Both the position numbers and the translations under genes were made by a program. The notes under the pieces were generated by a model that was not told the origin of the DNA, did not search any database, and worked only from the letters and a program-made list of their open reading frames with translations. A DNA stretch of 64,000 nucleotides. It comes from an uncultured virus (IMG/VR IMGVR_UViG_3300035034_002688). Taxonomy: Duplodnaviria > Heunggongvirae > Uroviricota > Caudoviricetes. Shown here piece after piece: positions 1 to 9,697 of this stretch (position 1 is its first letter; each line of letters opens with the position of its first letter). Location: IMG/VR virus record IMGVR_UViG_3300035034_002688; one strand, written 5' to 3'.

Positions 1-311
1 GCCTGTGCGGAGATGTCTACTCCGTCCACCGTGCCCACGTTGGTGATGTCTTGACCTTCAAAGGGCAGCTCGGGCTCTTCGGGAAGAGGGTCTCCCGTGT
101 GCGCTGCGATCAAGGCATCCAAAACCAGGACTGCGGCTCCCGCCAAAGGGTTTGTGAAGATGAACGTGGCGGAACCTTCTTGAAGCTGGAAGATGCCTTG
201 AAATCCAGGCAGCGCGCTCTCCCGAAGCTCCTGGTTGAGTCGCGGTAGGTCCGGTGTGTTGTTTCCAGTAAGTCCCGTGAACGCGGACCATTGCCGTTCG
301 ATCTCAGCCAT
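1..311 (-). CDS. N-terminal part of a fibre-like virion protein, truncated by window start
   Basis: Not in the ORF track. ATG at 311-309 overlaps the upstream TAA (TAATG). Open to position 1 (MAEIERQWSAF...QDITNVGTVDGVDISAQ); the last motif recurs in the 1574-aa protein. Confidence 0.75.
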   Translation of the reverse strand, partial: MAEIERQWSAFTGLTGNNTPDLPRLNQELRESALPGFQGIFQLQEGSATFIFTNPLAGAAVLVLDALIAAHTGDPLPEEPELPFEGQDITNVGTVDGVDISAQ

Positions 312-3300
312 TATGCAATCCTGTAGAGGGTCATTCGAGCTTCAAACATCGCTGAGGAACTGTTGCCGTCGTTGGTGGCGAAGTCCAGGTCGAAGTTGTA
401 GGCTACACCTGCGGTCAAGGATAGAAAGATCATCCCGCTGGCCGGGAACCTCTGGTCGGTGCCCCCTGTGCCTGACCCCGCTGAATCTTTGGGCTCTTGT
501 TGATGGTCCATCAGCGTAGACGCGTCGTTTTGTTGGATACGCGCAAGGAAGTCGTTGGCTTGGCTGTCATGATTCCAAAAGTAAGACCAATCCAAACGGT
601 AGGTTCCGGTACCCCCAGCGGGGATAGTCGAAGACAAGCGGAGCTTCTGTACGAAGGCTGTGGAGGTTGTAATGGAGTTTCCGAGGCTCTCGACGAAGAC
701 GAGGTTCGTCCCATAGACGCGCGCCAGGAGCGTACCCAGCGCGTTGTTGATGCCCGTGAGGTGCGCGCTAAGGTGGTCGACATCGTTGACTTCTGGTGCG
801 GTGGTGGCGGGGGTGTAGCTGCTCGGTGTGTAGTCAATGTCAAGCCGGTCCCCGTCGATCTCATCCGCGCCGCCGAGAACGTGCGTGGCCGCGTGCGCGG
901 TAGGGGTGCGAGAGCCTGAGACATCATCCAACGTGGCATTTGTGACGAGCGCGTTGAGTTCCGCGAGCGTTCCCGTCCCCAGGTTCCCGAGATCGGTCGC
1001 ATGTGGGTTGTTGGTGTCTGCGATGTGGTTGTTCGTAGTAGCGGCCTGTGCGGAGACGTCTACACCGTCCACCGTGCCCACGTTGGTGATGTCGTTGGTC
1101 CCCAGGTTCAGGTCGCCGCTCAGGCTTCTGGAGCCGCTCGCCAGGAGGTATTGTGTGTGCGGGTCTGCGGCAGCCTCATGCGCCGTCACAGCCGCCGCAG
1201 CGGTGCCTGTAGGGTCTGCTCCCACGTCAGAGGCTGTAAGCGTAGTGAAGGCGACATCAAAGTCGGTAGCGGAGGCCTTGGTCAATACCTGTCCGGTAGT
1301 GCCTCCCGTAGGTACTCCAGGTCCAGCAGGTCCTTGAGGGCCTACGAGGTCGGCAATGAAGTCTGCTTCTGTTCCGGTGTTGCCGCTGTTGAGCCAGGAC
1401 TCGTACGCGCTGGTAATACCACCGGGACCTTGGAGGCCGTCTCCGAGGACGATCACGGTATGCTCACGGTCCACCAAGACGTCATCACCCCCACCGTTGT
1501 CGCCCAGTCCGATCTCAAGGCGGAATCCTCCCGTCGCGAGGTTCGCTATGGGGATCTGAATGTTGGTGTCGGTGGTTGTGCCAATGGGCTGACCGATCAC
1601 GACGTAGTTGGTATCCGCAGCGGCTTGGGTGAAGAGGTACTCGTAGCGGCCGTTTGCGGTACGGGTTACAGTGAGGCCGCGCGCCTCAATGATCACGCCC
1701 GCGCTGGTGGTGCGCGCGTAAGCTCCGAGACCGAAACCGGGAGGTCCTTCGGGTCCTGTGAGGTCTCCCACAGAGGTCCACGTGCCTGCGGCCTTCTCAA
1801 ACAACTCGGAGTTGCTGGGGTCAATAGCGAGGTCCCCATCCTGACCGTCTCCGTTGGCGGGCGCCCCTGTCGTAGGTTGTACGGGCGCGGCCGCGCGCGA
1901 GCGAGCTTCGGTTGTGTATTGGGTGTGGGGGTCACCTACCGTCAGATCCGCGAGAGCGTTGTGAGAGAGTTCATCGGAGCCTCCATCGGCATGCGTTGAA
2001 GCATGTGCTGTCGGGGTGCGTGAGCCCGAGACGTCATCCAGCGTGGCATCAGTGACGAGTGCGTTGAGTTCGGCCAACGTTCCGCTTCCAAGATTCCCGA
2101 GGTCCGTACCATGTGGGTTGTTCGTGGCCGCGACGTGGTTGTTCGTAGACGTGACGAACGTGTCGAATGAGGTCCCATTAATTGAGCCCACGGTGACGAT
2201 GTTGTTTCCGCCAAGGGTGAGGTCCCCATCGAGAGTGAGGTTCCCGCTGTCATCGAGGCTCGCGGTCGAGTCCTGGATCACCTGTCCCGTGGCGCCATCA
2301 AAGCGTACTAGCGCGTTGTCGGTGCCTCCGGTCGTATTGCTCACGGCACCCGCTGTCGCGGGCCTCTCAAACCATGCCGCACCGTCGTAGATGTACTGGA
2401 GACCGTTCGAGGTGACGAAGGCTTCATCGCCTTCTTCCACGGTGAGCGCATCACGTGCGGGGATGTCTGCGACCACGGTGAAAGAGGGGAGCGCAGAGGC
2501 CGGGATCTGTGCGGTGGGGATCTTACCGGTCGCGTCCAGGGTCGCGACGCCGTTGACGGCTGCCTTCTCGGTGAGTGCGATGGCTCCGATGTCGGCAGGT
2601 GTGGTCGAGTGCGGGTTGCCGGTCGCGTTGCGGTGCGCCGTGTTCGCTGCAACGGTCGTGTTTGCGGTGACGCGGGCCTCAGTGTAGTAGAGGTTAAGAG
2701 CCCCCTCAGAGAGGTCGTCGGTATCCTTCCCCGAGAACGCAGTGTCAAAGCGTGCGCTGTTGAGGTACTGCGTATGGGGGTCACCTACCGTCAGATCTGC
2801 GAGGTCATTGTGGGAGAGTTCGTCGGTCCCGCCCGCCTCATGTGTGCTCGCATGGCTGTTTGGATCACGCGTGCCCGAGACGTCATCCAATGTGGCGTCT
2901 GTGACAGTCGCGTTCAACTCAGCCAACGTACCGCTTCCAAGATTCCCGAGGTCCGTGGCGTGAGGGTTTGCCGTATTCGCGATGTGGTTGTTCGTAGACG
3001 TGACGAACGCGGTAAAGCCTACCCCATTGATGGAACCGACTGCCAGGATGTTGTTGGACCCTACGTCGAGGTCTCCTGTCATGGTCCGGGCGCCATCGGT
3101 CAAGAGGTACTGGAGGTGGTCATCGTCTTCGAGGCCGGTGAGGTCTCCGTGATCGGAGACCATGCTCGGGTCGCTTACCAGCGTCCAACCCCCCGCCCCG
3201 TCGGTTTCAAGACGCAACCCGATCAGTGCCGCACCCGACCCGAGGTCCTGAGCGAGAAGCTCATCCGAGCCCCCCAACTCATGTGTCGTAGCGTGAGCTG

Positions 3301-5035
3301 TAGGTGTCCTGGCATCTCCTGCATCATCCAGGGTGGCGTCTGTGACGAGCGCGTTCAACTCGACCAACGTACCGCCGCCAAGGTTCCCGAGGTCGGTTCC
3401 GTGAGGATTCGCGGTATCTGCAATGTGTGCGTTGGTGGTGGTCGCTTGCGCAGAGATGTCAACGCCATCCACGTCGCCTACGTTGGTGATGTCGTTTCCA
3501 CCCAGGTCCAAATCACCCGCGAGCGTTCGCGTACCATCGGTCAAGAGGTATTGAGGGTGGTCGTCATCTCCAAGCCCTCCCAGACCTCCGTGATCTGTAA
3601 TGACCACGGGCGTGGTGATCAGCGTCCAACCACCCGTGCCGTCGGTCTCCAGGAGCTGTCCGGCGCCTCCGCCCCCGGAGCCGAGGTCTTGTGCGAGCAG
3701 CTCATCCGAGCCTCCTTGCTCATGTGTCGTAGCATGAGCTGTAGGTGTCCTGGCATCTCCTGCATCATCAAGCGTGGCATCAGTAAGAAGCGCGTTCAGG
3801 TTCCCCAGCGTCCCTGTCCCGAGGTTCTCCAGGTTGGTTCCGTGAGGATTCGCTGTGTTCGCGATGTGGGCGTTGGTGGTGGTCGCTTGGGCCGATACAT
3901 CTACACCGTCCACCGTGCCCACGTTGGTGATGTCGTTGGTTCCCAGGTTCAGGTCACCTGTGAGCGTTCGGCCTCCGTTGGTGAGAAGGTACTGAGGGTG
4001 GTCGTCGTCCCCAAGTCCTCCCAGACCACCATGATCGGAGATGATGGTCGGAGCGGCTACAAGGTTCCAACCACCCGTGCCGTCGGTCTCCAGGAGCTGT
4101 CCCGCACCTCCTACACCAGAGCCGAGGTCTTGTGCGAGCAGCTCGTCCGAGCCCCCTTGCTCGTGTGTCGTAGCGTGTGCGATCGGGGTACGGGCATCTC
4201 CTGCGTCATCGAGCGTGGCGTTCGTCACTACCGCGTTCAGTTCCGCCAACGTTCCGGTTCCGAGGTTCCCCAGGTCCGTAGCGTGCGGGTTGTCTACGCG
4301 GCCACGATGGGTCGTGTTGGAGTCCACGCTGGTGTTCGCGGTGACACGGGCTTCGGTGTAGTAGAGGTTCCCAGGGCCTTCTGACAGGTCGTCTGTGTCC
4401 TTCCCAGCGAGAGCCGTATCAAAGCGCGCGCTGTTGAGGTACTGTGTATGGGGATCACCTGTGGTGAGGCCTGCCAAGTCATCGTGGGCCAGCTCGTCGG
4501 AGCCGCCCTCCTCATGTGTGCTTGCATGCGCAGTAGGTGCCGTAGGGGTACCTGAAGGGTTAAGCGTGGCGTCAGTGAGCAGGGCGTTCAGCTCGGCCAA
4601 GGTGCCGCTTCCAAGGTTCCCGAGGTCCGTGGCATGTGGGTTGTTCGTAGCGGACACATGCGTGTTGGTGTCGCTGGCAAAGGTGTCAAACCCTACCCCG
4701 TTGAGTAGGCCCACCCCGCTGAGAGCGCTGCCGTTGAACTCCACATCCTGGTCGATGTTGAGCGCGTTGTCCGAAGGGGCCTCAGCGCCTCCATGAGCCC
4801 CGACAAGAGCGGTGAGGGCGGCTTGACCGGCTGCGTCCAGTGCGGGGTCATACCCAATGAAGACATCCGAGGGGTCAGGGGGTGTGGGAAGTCCGGTTAC
4901 GTCGCTCAATCGAAGCGCGAGAAACCCGACGGACGCAAGAGGGTCTGCCTGGATCTCGGCTACCAACTCGCTGGGCGCGATCTCGCCATTGAGGGTGTCG
5001 TTGGCGATGCTGTAGACGTATTCGATGAATGCCAT
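311..5035 (-). CDS. Large repetitive His/Gly/Asp/Thr-rich tail-fibre-like protein (1574 aa)
   Basis: Repeated NPHxTDLGNLGxGTLAELNA, HAxTHExGGxDEL, DHGxLxGLxDDDHxQY and DPHTQY modules; short collagen-like GPQGPAGPG; first of a run of coupled minus-strand ORFs. Confidence 0.75.
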   Translation of the reverse strand: MAFIEYVYSIANDTLNGEIAPSELVAEIQADPLASVGFLALRLSDVTGLPTPPDPSDVFIGYDPALDAAGQAALTALVGAHGGAEAPSDNALNIDQDVEFNGSALSGVGLLNGVGFDTFASDTNTHVSATNNPHATDLGNLGSGTLAELNALLTDATLNPSGTPTAPTAHASTHEEGGSDELAHDDLAGLTTGDPHTQYLNSARFDTALAGKDTDDLSEGPGNLYYTEARVTANTSVDSNTTHRGRVDNPHATDLGNLGTGTLAELNAVVTNATLDDAGDARTPIAHATTHEQGGSDELLAQDLGSGVGGAGQLLETDGTGGWNLVAAPTIISDHGGLGGLGDDDHPQYLLTNGGRTLTGDLNLGTNDITNVGTVDGVDVSAQATTTNAHIANTANPHGTNLENLGTGTLGNLNALLTDATLDDAGDARTPTAHATTHEQGGSDELLAQDLGSGGGGAGQLLETDGTGGWTLITTPVVITDHGGLGGLGDDDHPQYLLTDGTRTLAGDLDLGGNDITNVGDVDGVDISAQATTTNAHIADTANPHGTDLGNLGGGTLVELNALVTDATLDDAGDARTPTAHATTHELGGSDELLAQDLGSGAALIGLRLETDGAGGWTLVSDPSMVSDHGDLTGLEDDDHLQYLLTDGARTMTGDLDVGSNNILAVGSINGVGFTAFVTSTNNHIANTANPHATDLGNLGSGTLAELNATVTDATLDDVSGTRDPNSHASTHEAGGTDELSHNDLADLTVGDPHTQYLNSARFDTAFSGKDTDDLSEGALNLYYTEARVTANTTVAANTAHRNATGNPHSTTPADIGAIALTEKAAVNGVATLDATGKIPTAQIPASALPSFTVVADIPARDALTVEEGDEAFVTSNGLQYIYDGAAWFERPATAGAVSNTTGGTDNALVRFDGATGQVIQDSTASLDDSGNLTLDGDLTLGGNNIVTVGSINGTSFDTFVTSTNNHVAATNNPHGTDLGNLGSGTLAELNALVTDATLDDVSGSRTPTAHASTHADGGSDELSHNALADLTVGDPHTQYTTEARSRAAAPVQPTTGAPANGDGQDGDLAIDPSNSELFEKAAGTWTSVGDLTGPEGPPGFGLGAYARTTSAGVIIEARGLTVTRTANGRYEYLFTQAAADTNYVVIGQPIGTTTDTNIQIPIANLATGGFRLEIGLGDNGGGDDVLVDREHTVIVLGDGLQGPGGITSAYESWLNSGNTGTEADFIADLVGPQGPAGPGVPTGGTTGQVLTKASATDFDVAFTTLTASDVGADPTGTAAAAVTAHEAAADPHTQYLLASGSRSLSGDLNLGTNDITNVGTVDGVDVSAQAATTNNHIADTNNPHATDLGNLGTGTLAELNALVTNATLDDVSGSRTPTAHAATHVLGGADEIDGDRLDIDYTPSSYTPATTAPEVNDVDHLSAHLTGINNALGTLLARVYGTNLVFVESLGNSITTSTAFVQKLRLSSTIPAGGTGTYRLDWSYFWNHDSQANDFLARIQQNDASTLMDHQQEPKDSAGSGTGGTDQRFPASGMIFLSLTAGVAYNFDLDFATNDGNSSSAMFEARMTLYRIA

Positions 5036-5850
5036 CAGGACACCTTGTAGAACATGAGATAGGATTGCAGCACCGTGGACTCAGCCGCCCCGGCCGAAGT
5101 CCCGAAGGAGAACTCGAAGGTGAAGCTGCCCACTCCCAAGTTCAGCAGTATGAACCCCGAGGCTGTGTGTACTTGATCGGTGCCTCCCACGCCGGTTCCC
5201 AACGAGTCTTTAGGCTCTTGACGGTGGAAGTAGCGGACTACGCCGCCTTCTTTGACTTGTGCGATGAAGTCGTTGCTCTGTGCGTCGTGGTTCCACAAGT
5301 ACGTGATGTCAAGGCGGTACACTCCCGCTACCGTGACGTTGCCCACGAGCGTGTCCCGGAGGAGGAGCCCGTCTTGTGCGTCGGCACCTACGGAATAGGT
5401 ATTCGTGACAGTCTGCACGGTCGTGTTGAAGACCGTCGCGAGGTCGGTGAACATCGAAGGCGCGAGCGCGTTGTCGATACCTGCGAGGTGCGCGGTCAGT
5501 TGCGTCGTGGTAGTGACTTCACCCGGCGTGACGTCACGTACGTAGTTGGCAGGGGTATAGTCGATCTCAAGCTGGTCGCCGTCAATGACATCTGTGCCGC
5601 CTTCGATGTGCGTGGGCGCATGCGGTGTGGGGGTCGCGCTGGAAGAGTCCCAACTGGTGTTGGTGATATCCCTCACGTAGAGCAGCATTTCATCGGTGCG
5701 AAAGAACAGCTCCCCCGCGAGCACGCCCGTAACCGGGAAGGCTGTACCTGAAGGGATGATGAGCCGTCCCCCGTTGTCTCGGTCGTACGCGATGATGCCC
5801 GTGATCGTACGGTCGGAGCCGTCATTGATTTCGATGAAGCTGTATTCCAT
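5035..5850 (-). CDS. Virion structural protein sharing C-terminal modules with the 1574-aa fibre
   Basis: HAPTHIEGGTDVIDGDQLEIDYTP and YLWNHDAQSNDF...QEPKDS...GGTDQ match the fibre C-terminus; stop/start overlaps. Confidence 0.7.
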   Translation of the reverse strand: MEYSFIEINDGSDRTITGIIAYDRDNGGRLIIPSGTAFPVTGVLAGELFFRTDEMLLYVRDITNTSWDSSSATPTPHAPTHIEGGTDVIDGDQLEIDYTPANYVRDVTPGEVTTTTQLTAHLAGIDNALAPSMFTDLATVFNTTVQTVTNTYSVGADAQDGLLLRDTLVGNVTVAGVYRLDITYLWNHDAQSNDFIAQVKEGGVVRYFHRQEPKDSLGTGVGGTDQVHTASGFILLNLGVGSFTFEFSFGTSAGAAESTVLQSYLMFYKVS

Positions 5851-7121
5851 CAGGTCTCCACGGCCGTGATCGTATCCAGTCGGATGCCTACGTACGTGTA
5901 GGTCTTGGTCAGGCGTTGGACTTCCACGCCTGCTCCGTCATACTGAATATCAATGGTTTGTGCAGGTCGGCGGGTAAAGGGTCCTGCGAATGTAACCTGA
6001 TGCTCACGGATCTTGAGCGTTTCTGTTACATCAGTGTAGGTGGTGATGTTGACCGCTCTGCCAATCCCGTCCCGAGTCACGGCTGTGTAGAAGTTCTCGG
6101 AGAGCCTGTGGACCAGCGTGTCGAGGTCCTCGTGCTGTGTAGGTGTCAGGCCCGCCCCCCCGGCTTCCAGGAGGTCCACGCGGTCTTCTACCTCATCAAG
6201 GGCCGCCTGGACGTCGGTAGCCAGGAGTCCTGACGCGGTGTTGTCGTAACTTATCGCGTCAGCCGCAGGGTCTGCAACGCTCAGGGAGAGGACCTCATCT
6301 GCCCCAGGGTTCAGGATTGCGAGACTCAGGCGTCCCGTAGCTGCGAACTTATCGAAGAGTGTGCCGGGCGTGGTGTCGGATGCGCTAGCCTTGACTTCCT
6401 CGTCAGTGCTTCCGGGGATGCCAATGGCGTCGAGTGTTGCCGTAAATTCAACGAGCGCTCCAACCCGAGCGTCAGTTCGTCCCGTATCGGTGACGGTACG
6501 AAAGCCCAGCCGCTGGCCTTGAAGTACGGGTATGGGGGCTGGGAAGAATACGAACGCTCCCCGGTTGGGGTTGAGCACCGTGATGGTTCCCACGTTGGTG
6601 CCATCCAGGGTTACCGCGACGGTAGCATCTCCCGTGGTGTTCTCGGTGCTCAGGGTCATGCCAACGATTTCGGAGTCTTCCCAGATCACCACGCCAATGT
6701 TTCCGGTGGCCCCGTTACCGAAGCTCCACTGCGTGTTGTTGTTCCCCAAGGCGCCGCTCTCTTCGGCCCAGATGAAGAGCTTGTACTTGGCTTCAACTGT
6801 GGTCCCAAGGTCGCCGTTCTCATCTCGTAGGAGGGCCGCATAGGGACCCACGCGCGTCAAGAATCCCGTCTCCAGGAACTCATCGGCCACGTCCTGGTCG
6901 ATGTTGTCTGTTCCATCATTCAGGATCAGTGTGGAGCTTCCCACACCAAACGCATCATCCTGGCACAGCGCCACGAGGTCCTTGCTCTGGGCAATATCCC
7001 ACAGCTCGTCCAGCTCTTCGATTGAAACAGACCCGCCCAGTCCGGGCACCTCGACTCCCACATCGGGAATCAAGACGTCAACGGGCTGGGCGGGGTTCGA
7101 CAGGATGATGATCACGGCCAC
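5850..7121 (-). CDS. Putative virion structural protein (423 aa)
   Basis: Long ORF with AGGAG RBS; N-terminal domain paralogous to 7139..8563 (DDAFGxGSSTLILNDGxxNIDQD). Confidence 0.65.
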   Translation of the reverse strand: MAVIIILSNPAQPVDVLIPDVGVEVPGLGGSVSIEELDELWDIAQSKDLVALCQDDAFGVGSSTLILNDGTDNIDQDVADEFLETGFLTRVGPYAALLRDENGDLGTTVEAKYKLFIWAEESGALGNNNTQWSFGNGATGNIGVVIWEDSEIVGMTLSTENTTGDATVAVTLDGTNVGTITVLNPNRGAFVFFPAPIPVLQGQRLGFRTVTDTGRTDARVGALVEFTATLDAIGIPGSTDEEVKASASDTTPGTLFDKFAATGRLSLAILNPGADEVLSLSVADPAADAISYDNTASGLLATDVQAALDEVEDRVDLLEAGGAGLTPTQHEDLDTLVHRLSENFYTAVTRDGIGRAVNITTYTDVTETLKIREHQVTFAGPFTRRPAQTIDIQYDGAGVEVQRLTKTYTYVGIRLDTITAVET

Positions 7122-7138
7122 ACTACACTCCTACGGGA

Positions 7139-8563
7139 TCAAACTCCCAGCGCCTCGTTCAGCTCCAACACAGCGGACGCGTTCGCGAAGGCGGACGCGC
7201 CAGAACCCGCCGTACGCTCCAGAGACAGGCTGATCGAGTCTCCCGCCACGAAGGGAATCGAGAGGGCCGTGGAGAACGTGGAGGTGTTCGTAGCGGCCAG
7301 CGCCAACGTACCCACCTCGACCTCGTTGATCTTGATGGAGACTTTGTAGCTGTTGGTGGCGTCTGCCGTGTTAACCGAGACAGAGGCTCCCGTGATTACG
7401 CCGTTTCGCAGGGCGATGGTGCCTGCCGAAGACGTGGCGACGTCGCCCGGACCCGAGAAGTAGCGGATGCCCTTGCCAGGAACCTTCTTGCTGATGCCGA
7501 AGCCCAGAAGCTTGCCCACGTAGCGCGAATCAGTGAGGAGCGGGTTGTTTGCTCCCGTGTTCTGCCACGTACCCGAGTCCGCGTCCCACGTGAACAGCGT
7601 ATCCACGTCACGGCAGGCGTGGGTCTCGTTGGGGATGAGTGCGGCCGAGGAACGCCCGAAGCCGAACTCCTTGACGGCGGGGTCAGCGGCCGGAAGCTGC
7701 GCGCTGATGCTGCTGGAGTAGTCGGGCTCTCCTGCGAAGTTGATGTACTGCGCGTCGGTCGGCGTCGTGATCACACCGAAGATGCGGTCATCGAAGGAGT
7801 CCTGCGCGGAGTTGTTGGTGCGGTAGATCGCCGTGACGACGGGGTTAAGCTCCGTCAATGCGGTCGTAGCTACGGCGCTCCACAGCGTCGAATCCGCGTT
7901 AATGGTGGTGGCGAGGTTGGTGGTGGATGCGTCGCCGTCACCGCCAATCTGGACGTCGAAGGCGGCCAACGGGGTCGTCTGGAAGGTGAAGGTCTCGGTG
8001 GTGGCGCCATCGGAGATTACGATGGTGTCGCCGTCTACCGGAGCCGCCAGGAGCCACGTCGCTCCGGCCTGCGAGATCGCATCGTTGACGGAATCAAGCT
8101 GCTCACAGACGAGCACCAGCTCCTTGAACGTTCGCGCACCCGCAGTCGCCGCGTCGACGTACTGCTTGTTGACCACATCCAGAGGGGCGGTAGGGTCCGG
8201 GATGCCTGTGATCGTAGCGGTCCCGTCGAAGGTGACGGGCTGGTCCACTTCACCTTCGGCGTTGTTCTTGACCACGCCGAAGTCTTCGTCAGACTCGGGG
8301 AGGATCAGCGTGTCCAGGAAGTTGAGCGCGTCATCCTGGTCGATGTTTACCACGCCATCGTTCAAGATGAGCGTGGAGCTGCCTGCGCCGAACGCGTCGT
8401 CGGTCAGCAGGGTGCGAAGATCCTGCGACTCTTGAAGCTCGAAGAGTTCGTCGTTCTCAATGAATGTGTCGCTGCCGCCGCCAAGCGTGATGCAGATTCC
8501 GGCATCACGAATGAGTACATCGGCAACTGTGGCTGCGTTGGAAAAGATTGTCAGAGTAGCCAT
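7139..8563 (-). CDS. Putative virion structural protein (474 aa)
   Basis: Long acidic, Thr-rich ORF; shares N-domain with 5850..7121 and C-domain with 8597..9523. Confidence 0.65.
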   Translation of the reverse strand: MATLTIFSNAATVADVLIRDAGICITLGGGSDTFIENDELFELQESQDLRTLLTDDAFGAGSSTLILNDGVVNIDQDDALNFLDTLILPESDEDFGVVKNNAEGEVDQPVTFDGTATITGIPDPTAPLDVVNKQYVDAATAGARTFKELVLVCEQLDSVNDAISQAGATWLLAAPVDGDTIVISDGATTETFTFQTTPLAAFDVQIGGDGDASTTNLATTINADSTLWSAVATTALTELNPVVTAIYRTNNSAQDSFDDRIFGVITTPTDAQYINFAGEPDYSSSISAQLPAADPAVKEFGFGRSSAALIPNETHACRDVDTLFTWDADSGTWQNTGANNPLLTDSRYVGKLLGFGISKKVPGKGIRYFSGPGDVATSSAGTIALRNGVITGASVSVNTADATNSYKVSIKINEVEVGTLALAATNTSTFSTALSIPFVAGDSISLSLERTAGSGASAFANASAVLELNEALGV

Positions 8564-8596
8564 GAGGTGTATCCTAGCTTGGAGAGATGTGCTCGC

Positions 8597-9523
8597 TCAG
8601 GTTGATGCGAGCTGTAGGTTGACCAGTACGTTTCGGAAAGTACTCTTCCCACTCCCACTTATCCTGACCACTTGTGCGGAGAGAGCGTCTCCCACATTGA
8701 GCGCGGCCCCTACCGATTGTACGAACTGTGTGGTCCCTGCCAGCAGGGGAACCGAGAACGTGGTCACATTGTTAATCAATACATCAACGGTATAATCCTT
8801 GGAATCGACGCGATCTACCGAAATAGAGAGCCCCACGATGCGCATATCAACCGGCGCAACCCATGGAGCAGCGGAAGTGGCCACCTTACCCACGCTCAAG
8901 AACTTCGTGCCGTATCCTGGGATGGCCGTGTGGCATCCGAAACTCACGATAGACGGCGCGCCTCCTCCCGTGACCACGCTCTCCAGTGTCGGACCCACGT
9001 AGCGGTAGACCGTCACATAGACCGAAGACACTCCAGCGGCTGCCCAGTTGTCGGTGGGCGTCGTGCCTCCCCAGATGAGAAGCCCCGCGAACGCGTGGAA
9101 GAACCAATTCGTGGGTCCAAACGCGGTCGTGATCTCGTCAGTTCCGGCAGCGTCGCGGTAGAAGCGAGGGAAGTAGCCTAGCCCGGAGCCGTCAAAAGGT
9201 GAGACCCAGTTTCCCAGGACCGTGGAGGAGGGGTCTCCTGGAGCGGCATACAGCCCATACGCGTTGCTATTGGTGCCGGGCACCAGCGTCATCTCACGTA
9301 GGGTCTCCTTCGCCACGACAGTAGGGTTGGCGGCCGCGTAGACGTCGGCTTGGGCCTGGGTGGTGGCGAAGTCGGGCTGAATGGCGCGGATGTCACGCCC
9401 ATACAAGATAGACTTCGCCGCAAACGGTTCCTGGAACCAGTTGCGTAGAGGGCTCGTGTGCGAGGTACCCGTTACAAAGGCCTTGAACGCCGCCTGAGCT
9501 TGAATGTCAATTGCCAGGGGCAT
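8597..9523 (-). CDS. Putative virion structural protein (308 aa)
   Basis: Co-oriented in structural cluster; C-terminal beta-rich domain similar to that of 7139..8563. Confidence 0.6.
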   Translation of the reverse strand: MPLAIDIQAQAAFKAFVTGTSHTSPLRNWFQEPFAAKSILYGRDIRAIQPDFATTQAQADVYAAANPTVVAKETLREMTLVPGTNSNAYGLYAAPGDPSSTVLGNWVSPFDGSGLGYFPRFYRDAAGTDEITTAFGPTNWFFHAFAGLLIWGGTTPTDNWAAAGVSSVYVTVYRYVGPTLESVVTGGGAPSIVSFGCHTAIPGYGTKFLSVGKVATSAAPWVAPVDMRIVGLSISVDRVDSKDYTVDVLINNVTTFSVPLLAGTTQFVQSVGAALNVGDALSAQVVRISGSGKSTFRNVLVNLQLAST

Positions 9524-9529
9524 CTACAC

Positions 9530-9688
9530 TCACTCCACGTCGCGCAGGGCGTCATTGAGGTCATCTCGCAGGCTCTTGATCTCTTGCTCGCTCATGCGCT
9601 GGACGAACGTGGAACGCTCGCCCAAGGCGAAGTGTACGTCATACCAGACCACTCCGTGGACCTCGACTCGCTCTACTTTTACGGGCAT
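9530..9688 (-). CDS. Small hypothetical protein (52 aa)
   Basis: Below track cut-off; AGGAG RBS then ATG; MPVKVERVEVHGVVWYDVHF...ALRDVE; fills the gap between two genes. Confidence 0.6.
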   Translation of the reverse strand: MPVKVERVEVHGVVWYDVHFALGERSTFVQRMSEQEIKSLRDDLNDALRDVE

Positions 9689-9697
9689 CTTGACTCC

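Noticed and set aside
1001..4384. Long plus-strand ORFs opposite the fibre gene, and similar shadows such as 13679..14815 and 17576..19033
   Set aside because: Antisense shadow frames typical of GC-rich coding DNA; no motifs or RBS.
311..5850. Diversity-generating retroelement acting on the fibre genes
   Set aside because: No reverse transcriptase seen, and repeat differences are not adenine-specific.
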